64,000 bases of DNA from positions 62,001 through 126,000 of the IMG/VR virus record IMGVR_UViG_3300034073_003340; one strand, 5' to 3'. Under the pieces are notes generated by a model, which saw only the letters and a list, made by a program, of their open reading frames with translations, made no database searches and was not told the origin of the DNA. Shown one piece after another: positions 20,801 to 29,012 of the stretch. The translations under genes were made by a program, and so were the position numbers. Position 1 is the stretch's first letter; each line of letters opens with the position of its first letter.

Positions 20801-22267
20801 GAAAATCGAGACCTAAACAATTGGGACGAGAACTGGAATGGTGTTCGTCGAATGAAATTAAAGGTCAAGTTTGATCGTATCTCTTGTGGAACAATTAGAG
20901 GTTGGGATACTTCTCCGTGGGATCCTGCTTTGCTTGTTTACAGTCAGCTTGGTAGCTCAACTCAAAGTTTGAGTCAGCTAAGCTCGCTATACAGAACTGG
21001 TTCAACATCTGGATATAACTTTTATCGAGATCAATCAGTGGAAACTATAGAAGAACGAAATCTACTCGTCCGTAGAAATATTGTTACTCCTAGCCGTCCA
21101 GGAACCATCGTAACGGTGCTACAGACAAATGAAAACTTCATGTGGTCTGGTAGCGAGTGGATCAAATTTGAATCGCTAGGCTGGGATCAGGATCCTGACA
21201 TGGGAACCGCTACTAGGATTGAGTCTTCTTATAGACCAGAGCCTGGTATGAAGAGACGTGATGATCCTGGTCTGATTGCCGGATGTGAGTTTGATGGTAC
21301 CGTGATCTCTGATAGTTTTCAGGCCGACGCTTGGGATATCTTCGAATGGGACTCCACTGGATATAGTCAGGGCTTGCGTGAACGAGCAGGGGTTGATCAA
21401 GAAAGTGTTGATGGTAACACGACACCTCAAGATGAGGCAGACCCTGCTTATATCGGCACTACTGGAAATGAATTCAGTCAACCAGCGGTGAATGGAGGTA
21501 GACCACATGAGCTAGTTCAAATCAGAGGTGTTGAAAGCATTGTGGTAAATGTTTCCAGAAATAACGGTCCATATCAAAAGTCATTTATGAACCACAAAGG
21601 CGATTGGCAAGATATGTTGATTTCTGGTTCATCTCTGTCGTTTGTTTCATGGGACCAAACAAACCACAAATTGGTTGTCAGCGTTGCCTCTTGGACTGAA
21701 GACGCACAGGGCTTTACTCCGCTTCATGACCCTCAGAACCCTTCTACGGGCTTTATAAGGGACGTTATGGCGAGCAGAGCCTATCGCTCTACAAGTAATA
21801 TCGATATGACCTCAGCAGGAACAAAAACCTTTAAGTTGAGGAATTTGGGAGAAGTAGAAGGTATTCCTGCTGGTTTGCGCGGTGACGAAGTCAAAGTTGC
21901 TGTCATTAATCCAAAGAATCCTTCCATTAGAGCTATCGGAACCATTTCAAATTCCAAAGGAAACGAAATCAATTGGGATGGAAATGTTGAGATAACGTTT
22001 GATTCTGATGGATTCGTGGATTTAGGTTCTGGTAAGAGCTGGAATATCATCCCGGTTGATATGTTCAACACCCCAGGCATTGTCTGGGTTGGTGATGCTA
22101 GATTCACCTATAATAGTTTGACAATCAACGGCAACATGGTTGAACTCAATGAGGTCTTCCTATCTGGCAACACCTTGGCTCCCCTTAATATAGGCGAAGA
22201 TAGTATAAGCCTAGTCAAGACTAGCCCGGTTTTTGATGGTTCAAAACAACGTCAAATGGCCCGATAA
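11867..22267 (+). CDS. Giant virion structural protein (3466 aa; baseplate wedge/gp7-like position)
   Basis: Follows the gp6-like gene; VKPYHVKIRE motif and WD-rich C-terminus; internal CBM5/12-like module. Confidence 0.7.
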   Translation: MANNTRNNPFAFTPIVLDQDSHEKRRVIRQLPAVHQTETLQKFFGSSVDHLFDPGKGKPINGYVGQKPLWYEPDQDYYLEESTDDRNFYQLEASMVSKNSEGELTDLLPYPDLINQLRFQGALVNNHHRLFSQDFYTWCPPIDLDKIVNFRQYVWLPSDGPEIVNNAIIIKGPTVSYNSSGNDTTFDLPGYDNTGNASLQAFYDISVLTSDLIVAEVDGEPRPFSYVSGQTTITFDQRPPADASVSISVYSDLENNAIGLPNADPAAFGGISLSSGMRVIVLNDKNSDFSPDDVFIVEGVGQSIFLLNEKDYVGDSLSDYMVMARGATNRNEWSTGNRWFHVSTLPSNLDPDFVLRQRAKRPIIEFNRDLELHNYGLRRRLDVDLVIEDIEDLNGYLNQNPQNAVFSGISVSCVANSQINVTAINPATNAPYGNVDSIRVLVRNTVNPLLNNNILVLVNQGNVLKLILETDGENPSGEPVDGEVVKILLGFYAGKNLNWNGVNWVLSQNKGDVNQYPLFELYDLNGNNLADPVLYPNSTFAGSRLFSYKEDRSGLRPSDPILDMPLVYDNKGQILFENYLSTERYQYVIAGRFLDIDGFYFHKIGNIDPSLETLSNDWHKAPQKTRQFMVDRYVSDGRTKLFQISQDALEISVSRGRVNTDGSFEQTALVEDSDFIRVDRQIFILNIQLGDIIEIRTFNPANPPADAKGFYEVPLNLQANPDNAEVSDMTKGDFYDHFSEIMKRQDGFQGAEYSTNNYRDTAKLPNLGTNIIQHSAGLLKTMLLASQSQLDITSAIRFVESEYARFKDKFQQRILSYVANNRIGNAATYDTWINTALTELNKGKTKSFPFYLSGMAKNGTNQLPTFIPPTPSFLGVYPLYAPEIISQEVDGADDVWFVRGHDGSLTQGQNETVARVLLALEQRIFDSVPAAIRERERPVCDYQAAYGDQYRRNDYSYEEYLQILRPSFERWVVAFRLDPRENDLGQDTLESKINLKANPWTWNWSSTRTAAGEKVPGNWRGIYEKFFGTQRPDLTPWESLGFSIKPAWWDDRYGPAPYTSENLVLWEDLERGYIHDGDRKGINTEWARPGLRDYMPVDARGRLRHPGPRELIALNEVTVDTDLAYATDPLMWEDTRDDGVLGCGICTSVPLVQERKADWEWGDIGPVEQTWRRTSNFAFAASTAGYLMKPASFVEMGWNTQDMSLFFKGTMGEQYLNQDTKGRPAHRALQVHGEVLEDFSLVTKVGIQQWISDFLTSRNTSINSNLAERVRGLGTQLSYKIAGFTDSTTLGVVSDAFGRVPSEDVTVALFRSPSVREETYSGVAIEYTGRGYEVFGYDVLNPYFSTLPPAINGGKISVGDGLGSVSIPSWRPTTYFSVGITVRYQDNFYRAVRTHTSATFFEDEFWTQVARPQFADGSALIWYTDGEIEPIVEKVSYGTVFKDPQEVANFLNGYERYLESKGWIFENVGEDELEVRDWKSALRSFITWSGADARAAGDFISLSPASRMVQFSTDQGTIQPIEQIVNGLYAIVDQNGQPIDNQLTRVVRNDGNVSITCDNSTSGIFGLRLYISEMEHVLVFNNTTIFGDTIYSPLLNIKQPRLRLQGFKTVAWKGRIDAPGFIITGDTLTPNFERSADDFRRFFDIESMENKKLQDRARANFGYEEKEYLNNLLLTPTNQFEFYQGMIQQKGSPTSMRRLLRSNFIRHNKGLRLFEEWAFRVGDYGGQEVAPQLDILIRQSEFKHNPQLIQFSNSQSPNSFGIIDVIDENVGQDNRTLDGRWQWRPDMQSINWPLADFGQGDTPLPTAGYVNLSEVRFTVATDSDFENFFGDQEATEDPIENGDRVWVYGIGNGDPSTAWMTYRFTDTNYDMVNSFVPSHVDQGVIIQVQNDLQGIVDINTDPTQTPVFVAQNLVSNETDDNGIVVSGERLILKDIVGSDINPLATYIPKISNRASVTLDSTVGSETFIMSFYPEAKQIIRKVRVTIEEAFTEGSTLQIGHTGNPGLFVNVREEADRGIFPTNFDQEQVLIQTPALSYMPPNVTTADVNLVRVGRVGNFCAQTIVEWEWVRASDNQSFTGQVTYMRPSDYDSSRDQTEAYLQTIRVPVLAEDVVGGSEGTLTIRTNGVQTDTQVLRFERSTSARLNFVDLTRTGSYEFDSVNFSVFPWDSNLAGENRDMIATLFNTGSNGSVKIEVDYHYMKGFELTESINGSVVPVIASSEGGTANLFTWVKTRYPTLSGMPESLFEVGDLIEVDSAHDNPGYWAVYSRSTSGWDQIRRQNRKVDSSLITNAAIFNNKENQLKLVLQLYDPYKGFIPGVADRELTYKTFNDPATYNDGRLIWGKEQVGQLWWDLSAVRYLDYEIYDRWNGSDHEGVTYRWKNWGKVAPNSSVDIYQWVRSPVAPNGWADFVESKANLKIDNKPSGTVSEDSKFITDMEWNEEIQADETVYYFWVKNPTVVPTLASRKLSAQQVSNILTNPTSNDIPFFAVIDTNKCIVGGIKQFLNETDTVLKIKWLKEADVHNNHHKQWMLLREQDERNTINDTLWNKMRDSIVGWDATEKSVPDEKLPKNQQIGALVRPRQSWYPADITDLGQRPSRAARAAFVDAFNDIMSKQPFIDQWFGWEEVFDNGEALPSADRYVTTALDLIDLRNLLPATRNMVQVGECVLIENTMEVAGFWTLWRLAEINGQRTFVIEDFQKWRMQEGELWNLANWYAEGWSASNFPNYRFATYADRDAAGNLDVTLLKGTLVQVDVQSPTDDRWSWDVYTSTSKYQVAKARSTMRLTEAFYDKSRVEFGPVQVNGLLNASDDNRITPERIQELADLINFRDGSREIEFILNTMRTKLFDSLQKNNLFFAMVKSAFKQSINIDWAFKTSFLYLGGYSENLRQSPVAFKDQIDNVIAYLEEVKPYHVKIREYVRRLSYGPDLAALAMTDFDKPVYPSGTSNRVLDVNNTVDRSIMEINRPWRDWFENYLNENRDLNNWDENWNGVRRMKLKVKFDRISCGTIRGWDTSPWDPALLVYSQLGSSTQSLSQLSSLYRTGSTSGYNFYRDQSVETIEERNLLVRRNIVTPSRPGTIVTVLQTNENFMWSGSEWIKFESLGWDQDPDMGTATRIESSYRPEPGMKRRDDPGLIAGCEFDGTVISDSFQADAWDIFEWDSTGYSQGLRERAGVDQESVDGNTTPQDEADPAYIGTTGNEFSQPAVNGGRPHELVQIRGVESIVVNVSRNNGPYQKSFMNHKGDWQDMLISGSSLSFVSWDQTNHKLVVSVASWTEDAQGFTPLHDPQNPSTGFIRDVMASRAYRSTSNIDMTSAGTKTFKLRNLGEVEGIPAGLRGDEVKVAVINPKNPSIRAIGTISNSKGNEINWDGNVEITFDSDGFVDLGSGKSWNIIPVDMFNTPGIVWVGDARFTYNSLTINGNMVELNEVFLSGNTLAPLNIGEDSISLVKTSPVFDGSKQRQMAR

Positions 22268-22295
22268 ATACATATATAATAGGAGTGAATAAGCC

Positions 22296-22859
22296 ATGAG
22301 TGAAGATTTCCAGGATAGTGCGATTCCCAAAATTACCGGCCATGTTTTAATTCGAGACCCAAATAGTGGCCAAGTTCTTTTGGATAAGAGAAACGCCATT
22401 CACTACGAAAATATGAGTCTTGCTATTGGTTATGCTTTGGCAAATCGAGGCGAAGGTATCATTTATTCTATGGCTTTTGGGAATGGTGGTTCAGCGGTAA
22501 GCGGCACTGGTGCTATTACATATTTTCCTACTAATACGGTTGATCCCAAAGCAGATCTTTATGATCCCACCTATAACAAGCTAATAGACGGTAGCTCTGC
22601 TAATTTTCTGGACGTCAAACATATACTGAGCACTCCATACACTGATATTGTGGTTACCTGTACACTTGATTATAACGAGCCAAGTGGCCAGGAAGCTTTT
22701 GATGATACTACGAATCAAGATGGCACCTTTGTATTTGATGAATTGGGATTGAAGACCAGTGAAGGGTTACTGCTAACTCATGTTATCTTCAATCCAATTC
22801 AAAAAGCCCTCAACCGTCTAATTGAAGTGGTTTATACTCTAAGAATCCAGATGTCCTAA
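22296..22859 (+). CDS. Virion structural protein
   Basis: GHVLIRD..NAIHYEN..FVFDELGL..THVIFNPIQK motifs; late promoter upstream. Confidence 0.6.
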   Translation: MSEDFQDSAIPKITGHVLIRDPNSGQVLLDKRNAIHYENMSLAIGYALANRGEGIIYSMAFGNGGSAVSGTGAITYFPTNTVDPKADLYDPTYNKLIDGSSANFLDVKHILSTPYTDIVVTCTLDYNEPSGQEAFDDTTNQDGTFVFDELGLKTSEGLLLTHVIFNPIQKALNRLIEVVYTLRIQMS

Positions 22860-22908
22860 TATTGGTATATTATAGGGCACTAAATATTCGAGATTCCAAG
22901 GAGAAGTC

Positions 22909-24036
22909 ATGAGCTATAGAGTAACCAAAGCAGACGGCAGAAGCGTTATAGTCCAAGATTTGGCCAAAGAAATTGTCGGTGGTCTCACTCTACTGGGTTA
23001 TGGATTTACGAACTATGGCGACGAGATCGCTCAGAACTTTGTCAAAAATCTAGAAAACAATGCCGGATTGGCTGAGCCGCAGAATCCAGTAATTGGTCAG
23101 TTTTGGTTTCAGCTTCCTTTGGATTTAGCTACTCAAAATAAAAATCTCAGAGTATGTGTTTCTACTGATGCCAACACGCTAGATGGTCGGTGGAGGACCT
23201 TATTTGGTATTCGCCCCGATGGCACCATTGATTTAGATGCCTGGACCCTGCGCGGCAAAGCGCCTGCTGCGATAGACGGAAGTTCAAACCAGGTAGGAAT
23301 GCCAGTTGTTTTAAACAACGACGGGAGAATTCCCACTCAGTATATTGATTTCCCCTCGGTTGGATCGGTTGATGTCGCTACACGTTTGCGAGATTCTAGA
23401 ACGTTTGGATCAAGAAATGGTGGACTTCCGTTTAACGGAACCCAGGACGTTCCTCTTACAACGTCCCATATTTCTGAGGGTGATCAACCATATTTTACCC
23501 CACAACGAGCTCGCGAGTCCTTCGTAGGTGGGCGATACATTGCTATTGATAGTGATGGAACGATTCGCTTCACTGGACCTGATCCAACGAGTGGAAGCAC
23601 TGGTGGAACAGGACCACAAGGCCCTATTGGACCCGCAGGACCAACCGGACCGACAGGACCAGAGGGACCAGTTGGACCAGTAGGACCTCAAGGACCAGCA
23701 GGTCAATGGGACGGCACTGTTGGCTTTGACAAGTCTTTTGCTGAGAATGGCTATCAGAAATTGCCAAGTGGTCTTTGGATACAGTGGGGACTATTTACTT
23801 GGTTTAGTAATATCAGAGGCGGACCAGTTTATTATAACTATCCCATTGCCTTCCCTAACGGAGCATGGCATGTTTATCTATCTATACGTGATAACCCAAA
23901 TGGATCCGGTGATCGCAATGAAGAAGACGATGAGCAGATCTGGGCCATTCCTCATTCTGCTACACAATTCGTTGTTTACGACACTGGAGATGACCACCAA
24001 ACATATCCATGTTCGTGGCTTGCTATAGGATACTAA
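22909..24036 (+). CDS. Tail fibre protein with collagen-like repeats
   Basis: About 11 Gly-X-Y triplets; C-terminal NGYQKLPSGLWIQWG fibre-tip domain. Confidence 0.8.
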   Translation: MSYRVTKADGRSVIVQDLAKEIVGGLTLLGYGFTNYGDEIAQNFVKNLENNAGLAEPQNPVIGQFWFQLPLDLATQNKNLRVCVSTDANTLDGRWRTLFGIRPDGTIDLDAWTLRGKAPAAIDGSSNQVGMPVVLNNDGRIPTQYIDFPSVGSVDVATRLRDSRTFGSRNGGLPFNGTQDVPLTTSHISEGDQPYFTPQRARESFVGGRYIAIDSDGTIRFTGPDPTSGSTGGTGPQGPIGPAGPTGPTGPEGPVGPVGPQGPAGQWDGTVGFDKSFAENGYQKLPSGLWIQWGLFTWFSNIRGGPVYYNYPIAFPNGAWHVYLSIRDNPNGSGDRNEEDDEQIWAIPHSATQFVVYDTGDDHQTYPCSWLAIGY

Positions 24037-24037
24037 A

Positions 24038-24430
24038 ATGACCTACTTCTACAGTCCAGAAACCAAGGGTTTCTATAATTCCGACATTCATGGTTCTATG
24101 CCTTCTGATGTCTTCGAAATTTCAGAAGAGCATTATAGAACTCTTTTAGAAGGGCAAAGTCTCGGCAAAACGATCGTCTACAAGTCTAGAAAGCTTCAGT
24201 TGGTAGATTTCGTAGCACCCCCTTTGACATGGGATCAGATCCGCCAAACCAGAGATTCAAAACTAGCGGCAAGCGATTGGACTCAAATGCCAGACACCCA
24301 GCTTTCAGAGGAAAGCAAAGAGGATTGGAGAACCTATAGACAGGTTCTCCGTGATATCACGGAGTCTTTTTCTGAACCTGATGATGTAGTTTGGCCAATG
24401 GCTCCTAATGCTACGCCTACTGAGGAGTAA
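24038..24430 (+). CDS. Tail fibre assembly chaperone
   Basis: YFYSPETKGFY N-terminus and RDSKLAASDWTQMPD..WRTYRQVLRDI..WP C-terminus. Confidence 0.85.
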   Translation: MTYFYSPETKGFYNSDIHGSMPSDVFEISEEHYRTLLEGQSLGKTIVYKSRKLQLVDFVAPPLTWDQIRQTRDSKLAASDWTQMPDTQLSEESKEDWRTYRQVLRDITESFSEPDDVVWPMAPNATPTEE

Positions 24431-24432
24431 GC

Positions 24433-25770
24433 ATGAGCTATACGGTAAACAAAAGTAATGGTGATATTGCCTCAGTGGTAAATGATTTCAGAAAGGAAAT
24501 CATTGGAGGCCTTAATATTCTAGGTTATGGCTATGTAAATTTCGGTGAAGATATTGCTGAAAATTTTGTCAAAATCTCTGAGAATTTTCGTAATGATTCG
24601 CCGCCATACGGCTATGTGACAGGTCAAATTTGGTTAGATACCAATGGTAGTAGAAGTCCATTTCCTGTTCTACGAATGGCTACCAGAGATGCTTCAAACC
24701 TTGATCAAATCAACTTTACTCAAACGTATGTTCCTGAAGATTGGGTTGGACTTTTTTCTATAGATTTTCAAAATAGAAAAGCCGGTCTAATCCATGAGGG
24801 CGAACCTACATTTCCAGACTTAGACCCCACCCCTGGGAGCCTTGTCGTTAGAGGTTCTGATGGTAAGATTCCATTATCGAGTCTACCCGATGGTCTAGGT
24901 AGTGATGCTGAAAATGCGGTATTTGCTCAATCCGCAGGTCGTTTGAACCCTGGTGCGAATATAAATGGCAACCTATTCACTGGCCAAAACGACATAACAA
25001 TAACTACGGCCCAGATTCCAGAATCTGAAAATCTATACTACACTGACGGAAGAGTTAGATTGGCGGTAACTGGTGGTAGGTATATCACGGTAAATCCTAC
25101 TACTGGTGAGATTGCTTTTACGGGACCAGATCCAACCAGTGGTGGGGATGGTGTCGCCGGCCCTCCAGGCCCAGCAGGACCCACCGGTCCACAAGGACCG
25201 CAAGGGCCTAAAGGAGATACCGGTGATACTGGCCCCGCAGGACCTCAAGGACCAGCTGGTTCAGCCGCGGATGTTATTATCAGTTCCCAGTATCAATCGG
25301 GTTCCGGCTACGTAATATATAATGGCGGCTTTACAGTTCAATGGGGAAGCAACCGAGAAGCTTTTTCAAATGAAAGAATCGCAACGGTAACTTTTCCTAT
25401 AGCGTTCACCACGGCCTTCCAAGTGGTAGCCACTCCTTATCTAGCTTTCTTTAACAGAAACGCGGATCTATGGTTACAGATACTTGGCGAACCAACGGCT
25501 ACTTCATTTTCAATCCAGACTCAACAGGATGGTAATAGTGACAACTTCATGGCCGGATTTAACTGGATAGCTTATGGTTTCATATCACCTCCTGCACCGG
25601 CTTCTGGCTCAGGATCTGGCTCAGGATCTGGCTCAGGATCTGGCTCAGGATCTGGCGGGACTGATACAACTCCCCCACCTGACACTACTCCTCCGCCTGA
25701 CACCACGCCGCCACCAGGCGGTGGCGGTGGAGGAGGGAACTTTGGTGATCCTCCAACTCAGTTTGTATAA
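24433..25770 (+). CDS. Second tail fibre paralog with collagen repeats and GS/Pro-rich tail
   Basis: N-terminus paralogous to 22909..24036; Gly-X-Y run; [15 protein letters not shown] tip domain. Confidence 0.8.
   Translation: MSYTVNKSNGDIASVVNDFRKEIIGGLNILGYGYVNFGEDIAENFVKISENFRNDSPPYGYVTGQIWLDTNGSRSPFPVLRMATRDASNLDQINFTQTYVPEDWVGLFSIDFQNRKAGLIHEGEPTFPDLDPTPGSLVVRGSDGKIPLSSLPDGLGSDAENAVFAQSAGRLNPGANINGNLFTGQNDITITTAQIPESENLYYTDGRVRLAVTGGRYITVNPTTGEIAFTGPDPTSGGDGVAGPPGPAGPTGPQGPQGPKGDTGDTGPAGPQGPAGSAADVIISSQYQSGSGYVIYNGGFTVQWGSNREAFSNERIATVTFPIAFTTAFQVVATPYLAFFNRNADLWLQILGEPTATSFSIQTQQDGNSDNFMAGFNWIAYGFISPPAPASGSGSGSGSGSGSGSGSGGTDTTPPPDTTPPPDTTPPPGGGGGGGNFGDPPTQFV
25603..25713 (+). repeat. 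Coding tandem repeats: 4.5x TCTGGCTCAGGA (GS linker) then 3x about 18-bp (DTTPPP)
   Basis: Directly visible in the sequence. Confidence 0.9.
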
Positions 25771-25773
25771 AGA

Positions 25774-25808
25774 AAAGCCCCAGAGATTCTGGGGCTTTCC
25801 TTTTTTTT
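25774..25808 (+). terminator. Intrinsic terminator ending the virion operon
   Basis: AAAGCCCCAGA-GAT-TCTGGGGCTTT followed by a T8 run. Confidence 0.85.
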
Positions 25809-25825
25809 GTCTTGGACCTATGTAT

Positions 25826-26764
25826 TCAAAGTTTGAATGTATTCTTGAATTCAATCAGCTCACGCTTGCTCATACGGAAATGATCTAAAAATTCAGATTC
25901 AGTTTCAAACTGAGAGGTAATATGATCATAAGCTTCTTTGAAGCTTAGATCAAATTCGTTACTACGATGGATCAAAGCCTGCATCAGTTCGACTTCCATC
26001 CCACTGAGAGATTTAGAGTCACGAATATAATCTTCGTAAGCTTCACAAGCGGCAGGGAAAAGAGGCTTGATAAGAGCATAAATCGCGCGAGCAAATTCCT
26101 GAATCTCCCACTGGGCGTGCGAGTCTTCGCGTAGCTTGAGCATGTGGAACAGGTTGTGCAGATTTTGCTTCCAATAGAGTTCAGTATAACCTGCGACTGG
26201 CATTACAATACGTGCCAGCTCTCGAGCCACACCTTCCTCGGGAAATTCATCAGAAAATTCTCGGTAAGAGTCTTCAGCAGCTTCATTGAGAAGAGACTTA
26301 TACGCCGAATAAGAATGTAACGTTGCGCCCCGAATTACTTGCTGGGCCGTCAAAGCATCCAAATCACTGAGAGCTCCATCGCGGCCCTGCTTGTTCATCT
26401 TGCTCTGTGGAAGAATGTTGGCTACTTCTGGCACATACATTTCATCGGTGAGTACCGAATAGCGAGCCGAATACTCATTCAGGCTAGACGTGCGGTGACG
26501 GACCAGCTGACGCATCACAAAAATCGGTAGCTTGAGATGTAGTTTGACTTCACACATCTCAAGAGGGCTGGTGTGCTTGTGGCGAACCAAATAACGGATG
26601 AGTCCTCGGTCTTCACGAACACTCTTGGTGCCGTTACCATATGAGACTCTAGCCGCGCTGACAATAGCCGCATCATCTCCCATATGATCAACCAGACCTA
26701 CAAAGCCATGGTCTAATACGGGAAGATAGCGATCATTGCCCTGAACGTCGGATTGAAGGGTCAT
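25826..26764 (-). CDS. thyX: Flavin-dependent thymidylate synthase
   Basis: HTSPLE, RQLVRHRTSSLNEYSARY ThyX signature, HAQWEI. Confidence 0.97.
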   Translation of the reverse strand: MTLQSDVQGNDRYLPVLDHGFVGLVDHMGDDAAIVSAARVSYGNGTKSVREDRGLIRYLVRHKHTSPLEMCEVKLHLKLPIFVMRQLVRHRTSSLNEYSARYSVLTDEMYVPEVANILPQSKMNKQGRDGALSDLDALTAQQVIRGATLHSYSAYKSLLNEAAEDSYREFSDEFPEEGVARELARIVMPVAGYTELYWKQNLHNLFHMLKLREDSHAQWEIQEFARAIYALIKPLFPAACEAYEDYIRDSKSLSGMEVELMQALIHRSNEFDLSFKEAYDHITSQFETESEFLDHFRMSKRELIEFKNTFKL

Positions 26765-26824
26765 TATACACTCCTGAAATAATCTGGGTTGAGATCTTAC
26801 TCATTCTCAACCCAGATTATACTA

Positions 26825-27100
26825 TCAGAGTGCTATGTCTTTCAATATGATTTCAGAAAAATGTCGGATGGTTTCTTTTACTTCTGAAAGGTTCAGAATC
26901 AAACCAATTTCCGCAATTCCTTGATCTTCAAAGCTATCATCGTCGCTCATAATCTCTTCGAGTTCTTCGCGGGTAATGATGTGGACTTCATCGTCGAAAT
27001 CAGTAACACATGCTGCTGAAACAAATTCTGCTGGAACATGGTATGGTTCAATTTCGCTGAGGATCTTATCTAGTAGATCCTCAAAATCCTGTGTCGCCAT
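26825..27100 (-). CDS. Hypothetical acidic protein
   Basis: ORF in tightly packed operon. Confidence 0.6.
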   Translation of the reverse strand: MATQDFEDLLDKILSEIEPYHVPAEFVSAACVTDFDDEVHIITREELEEIMSDDDSFEDQGIAEIGLILNLSEVKETIRHFSEIILKDIAL

Positions 27101-27602
27101 TGTCGTCACTCCTAACGAGTTTGACCGCTACCTGATAGCGTTCATACACTTTGCGAACCACCGCGTTCTCTCGAACGATCCGTTGTTCACTAATGTATTT
27201 AATCAAATCCTCGCGAGAGATCGACTCAATAGATCCATCATCCATTGTTACTTCAATGGTTTTTTCACTCTTCTTGATTCTAGGGATATGGTATTTGTCG
27301 TAGTTAATCCATTTGTCATAATAGGAATCAGCCACTGAATAACGATTTTTGATATAGCTGAGATCAACTGATGAGTAGAATGGGGGATTCAAATCATGAT
27401 CTGGTTTCGTAGCCGTGGAAGTAATAGACTGGGTCAGATCACTATTACTAATGGTGTAAAGATGTTTAGTAAGCTTCTCTTCTAAAAGAGATTTACTATA
27501 ATCATTCAAGAGTTCATCATAAGGGTTCTTGGAAGTGTTATAGATGTCTTCCCAGGTCTTGTGAGTGGAATCAGAATTCTCAGACAATGGAATCTTTTTC
27601 AT
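27081..27602 (-). CDS. Hypothetical protein (shared C-terminal helix family)
   Basis: ATGA overlap; C-terminal ENAVVRKVYERYQVAVKL. Confidence 0.65.
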   Translation of the reverse strand: MKKIPLSENSDSTHKTWEDIYNTSKNPYDELLNDYSKSLLEEKLTKHLYTISNSDLTQSITSTATKPDHDLNPPFYSSVDLSYIKNRYSVADSYYDKWINYDKYHIPRIKKSEKTIEVTMDDGSIESISREDLIKYISEQRIVRENAVVRKVYERYQVAVKLVRSDDNGDTGF

Positions 27603-28024
27603 TGCTCAATCAACTTGAAAGTCATGAGAAGCTTGTCCCAGCATCCCTTTAGGATAGCGTGTTCGTTTATACCTTTGAGCATGATTTCAAAATCACGCCC
27701 CATTCTTACCATCTGACTAAGGGCCGCCTGAAACTCCTCATGATCAGCAGGAACCACTAATCTGTCATCTTCATAGAAATTAAAAAAGTTCTCATTGAGA
27801 ACTTCTAATTGCTTGTTATGATGTTTTAGATAATGACTCTGAACTGTAGCAATCAAGGTTGACCATTCATTTCGTAGGTCTCTGACCTTCTTGATCTCCT
27901 GATCAAGACGATCGTTCTTGTCTCTGAGTTGTTCAGCAGCCTTCTCCATACCTTTTTGGTAGGCTTCCTTTTTGATCTGCTCTATCTCTGACCAAACTGC
28001 CGTAATCTCACTTTGTTCCATCAT
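27599..28024 (-). CDS. Hypothetical coiled-coil protein (shared C-terminal helix family)
   Basis: C-terminal EHAILKGCWDKLLMTFKL. Confidence 0.65.
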   Translation of the reverse strand: MMEQSEITAVWSEIEQIKKEAYQKGMEKAAEQLRDKNDRLDQEIKKVRDLRNEWSTLIATVQSHYLKHHNKQLEVLNENFFNFYEDDRLVVPADHEEFQAALSQMVRMGRDFEIMLKGINEHAILKGCWDKLLMTFKLIEQ

Positions 28025-28259
28025 ACCCTGCCAATCTTAGTGTCATCATAAACCGTTCCCAAGCACCCCTAACCACTTCATTTTCTTTCACAGCGGCCAT
28101 GAGAATATCAAAGTGGTCGGCTTTGGTTTTTGCCCTATCTAGTTCTTTTTCTCTGAGATCCAGACGAAGTCTGTAGTCGCGACAATTGTCATTTAGAGTA
28201 GAGATCAGCTTTCTAGATCTCTCGATTTCATCTTCTAAAGATTCAATGGTCTTAGACAT
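28008..28259 (-). CDS. Hypothetical coiled-coil protein (shared C-terminal helix family)
   Basis: C-terminal ENEVVRGAWERFMMTLRL. Confidence 0.65.
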   Translation of the reverse strand: MSKTIESLEDEIERSRKLISTLNDNCRDYRLRLDLREKELDRAKTKADHFDILMAAVKENEVVRGAWERFMMTLRLAGYDGTK

Positions 28260-28690
28260 CAGACGTTTTCGCTACCGCCTAGCTTACGCATCAATTGGAT
28301 ATCATTGAACATTTTTCTTAGCTGTGAATTGTCTTCAAGATCTTCCATGAGATAGTGCCACTTCAAAGCATGGAGAGCCATCTTACGGTAGGCCCTCTCC
28401 ATCTTTTTGATCTCTCGACGAAACCGCTCTTCTAGTTCTCGAACGTTTTCTAGAGGCAACTCGGTCTGATACCAATCCTCTTCATACGCCTCAAAAGGCG
28501 AATGCTCACCAGGATTTTCATAAGCAGTTTCTTCGTAGTCATACGAATCAAACACACCGAAGATTTCACAAGCCATTTGAGGTCCAAATGGGTGTAGGGT
28601 TTGATCAGGAACTGGTCCAGCACTTGGTCTATGCGAATTCATCAGTTTTGGGAGACGCCTGATATTCTGTATTCTTGGTAATCTAGCCAT
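28259..28690 (-). CDS. Hypothetical protein (shared C-terminal helix family)
   Basis: C-terminal DNSQLRKMFNDIQLMRKL. Confidence 0.6.
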   Translation of the reverse strand: MARLPRIQNIRRLPKLMNSHRPSAGPVPDQTLHPFGPQMACEIFGVFDSYDYEETAYENPGEHSPFEAYEEDWYQTELPLENVRELEERFRREIKKMERAYRKMALHALKWHYLMEDLEDNSQLRKMFNDIQLMRKLGGSENV

Positions 28691-28751
28691 AGAAGAATCC
28701 TGGAAAGAGGTTAACTTTCCAGGATTCTACACAATTATTAACTAAAGTTCA

Positions 28752-29012
28752 TTATTGAAGTTCACCACGGTCTTTCATAACATCAATGGATTCAAGAGCA
28801 GCAGCTATAACAGCCGCAGCTTTGATAAGATTATCCTCAAATTCATCGATTTCCGGAACGATCCCGTTCCGTCTAACTTCCGAGGTAACATAGTGAGTCA
28901 CAATAGCCACCCAGTCTCCCGGAGTGTTTTTGACGTCCCATTCTGATCCTGGAAGATCGGAATTTCTCTGACGTTCTGCTCGGACTTTTTCTAGAAAAAC
29001 TTCTAACTTCAC
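28752..29012 (-). CDS. Small MazG-like (all-alpha NTP pyrophosphatase fold) protein
   Basis: AERQR..W..NLIKAAAVIAAALE pattern of phage MazG-like proteins. Confidence 0.45.
   Translation of the reverse strand: MKLEVFLEKVRAERQRNSDLPGSEWDVKNTPGDWVAIVTHYVTSEVRRNGIVPEIDEFEDNLIKAAAVIAAALESIDVMKDRGELQ

Noticed and set aside
25603-25713. CRISPR-like or non-coding repeat
   Set aside because: No spacers; in-frame low-complexity coding repeat.
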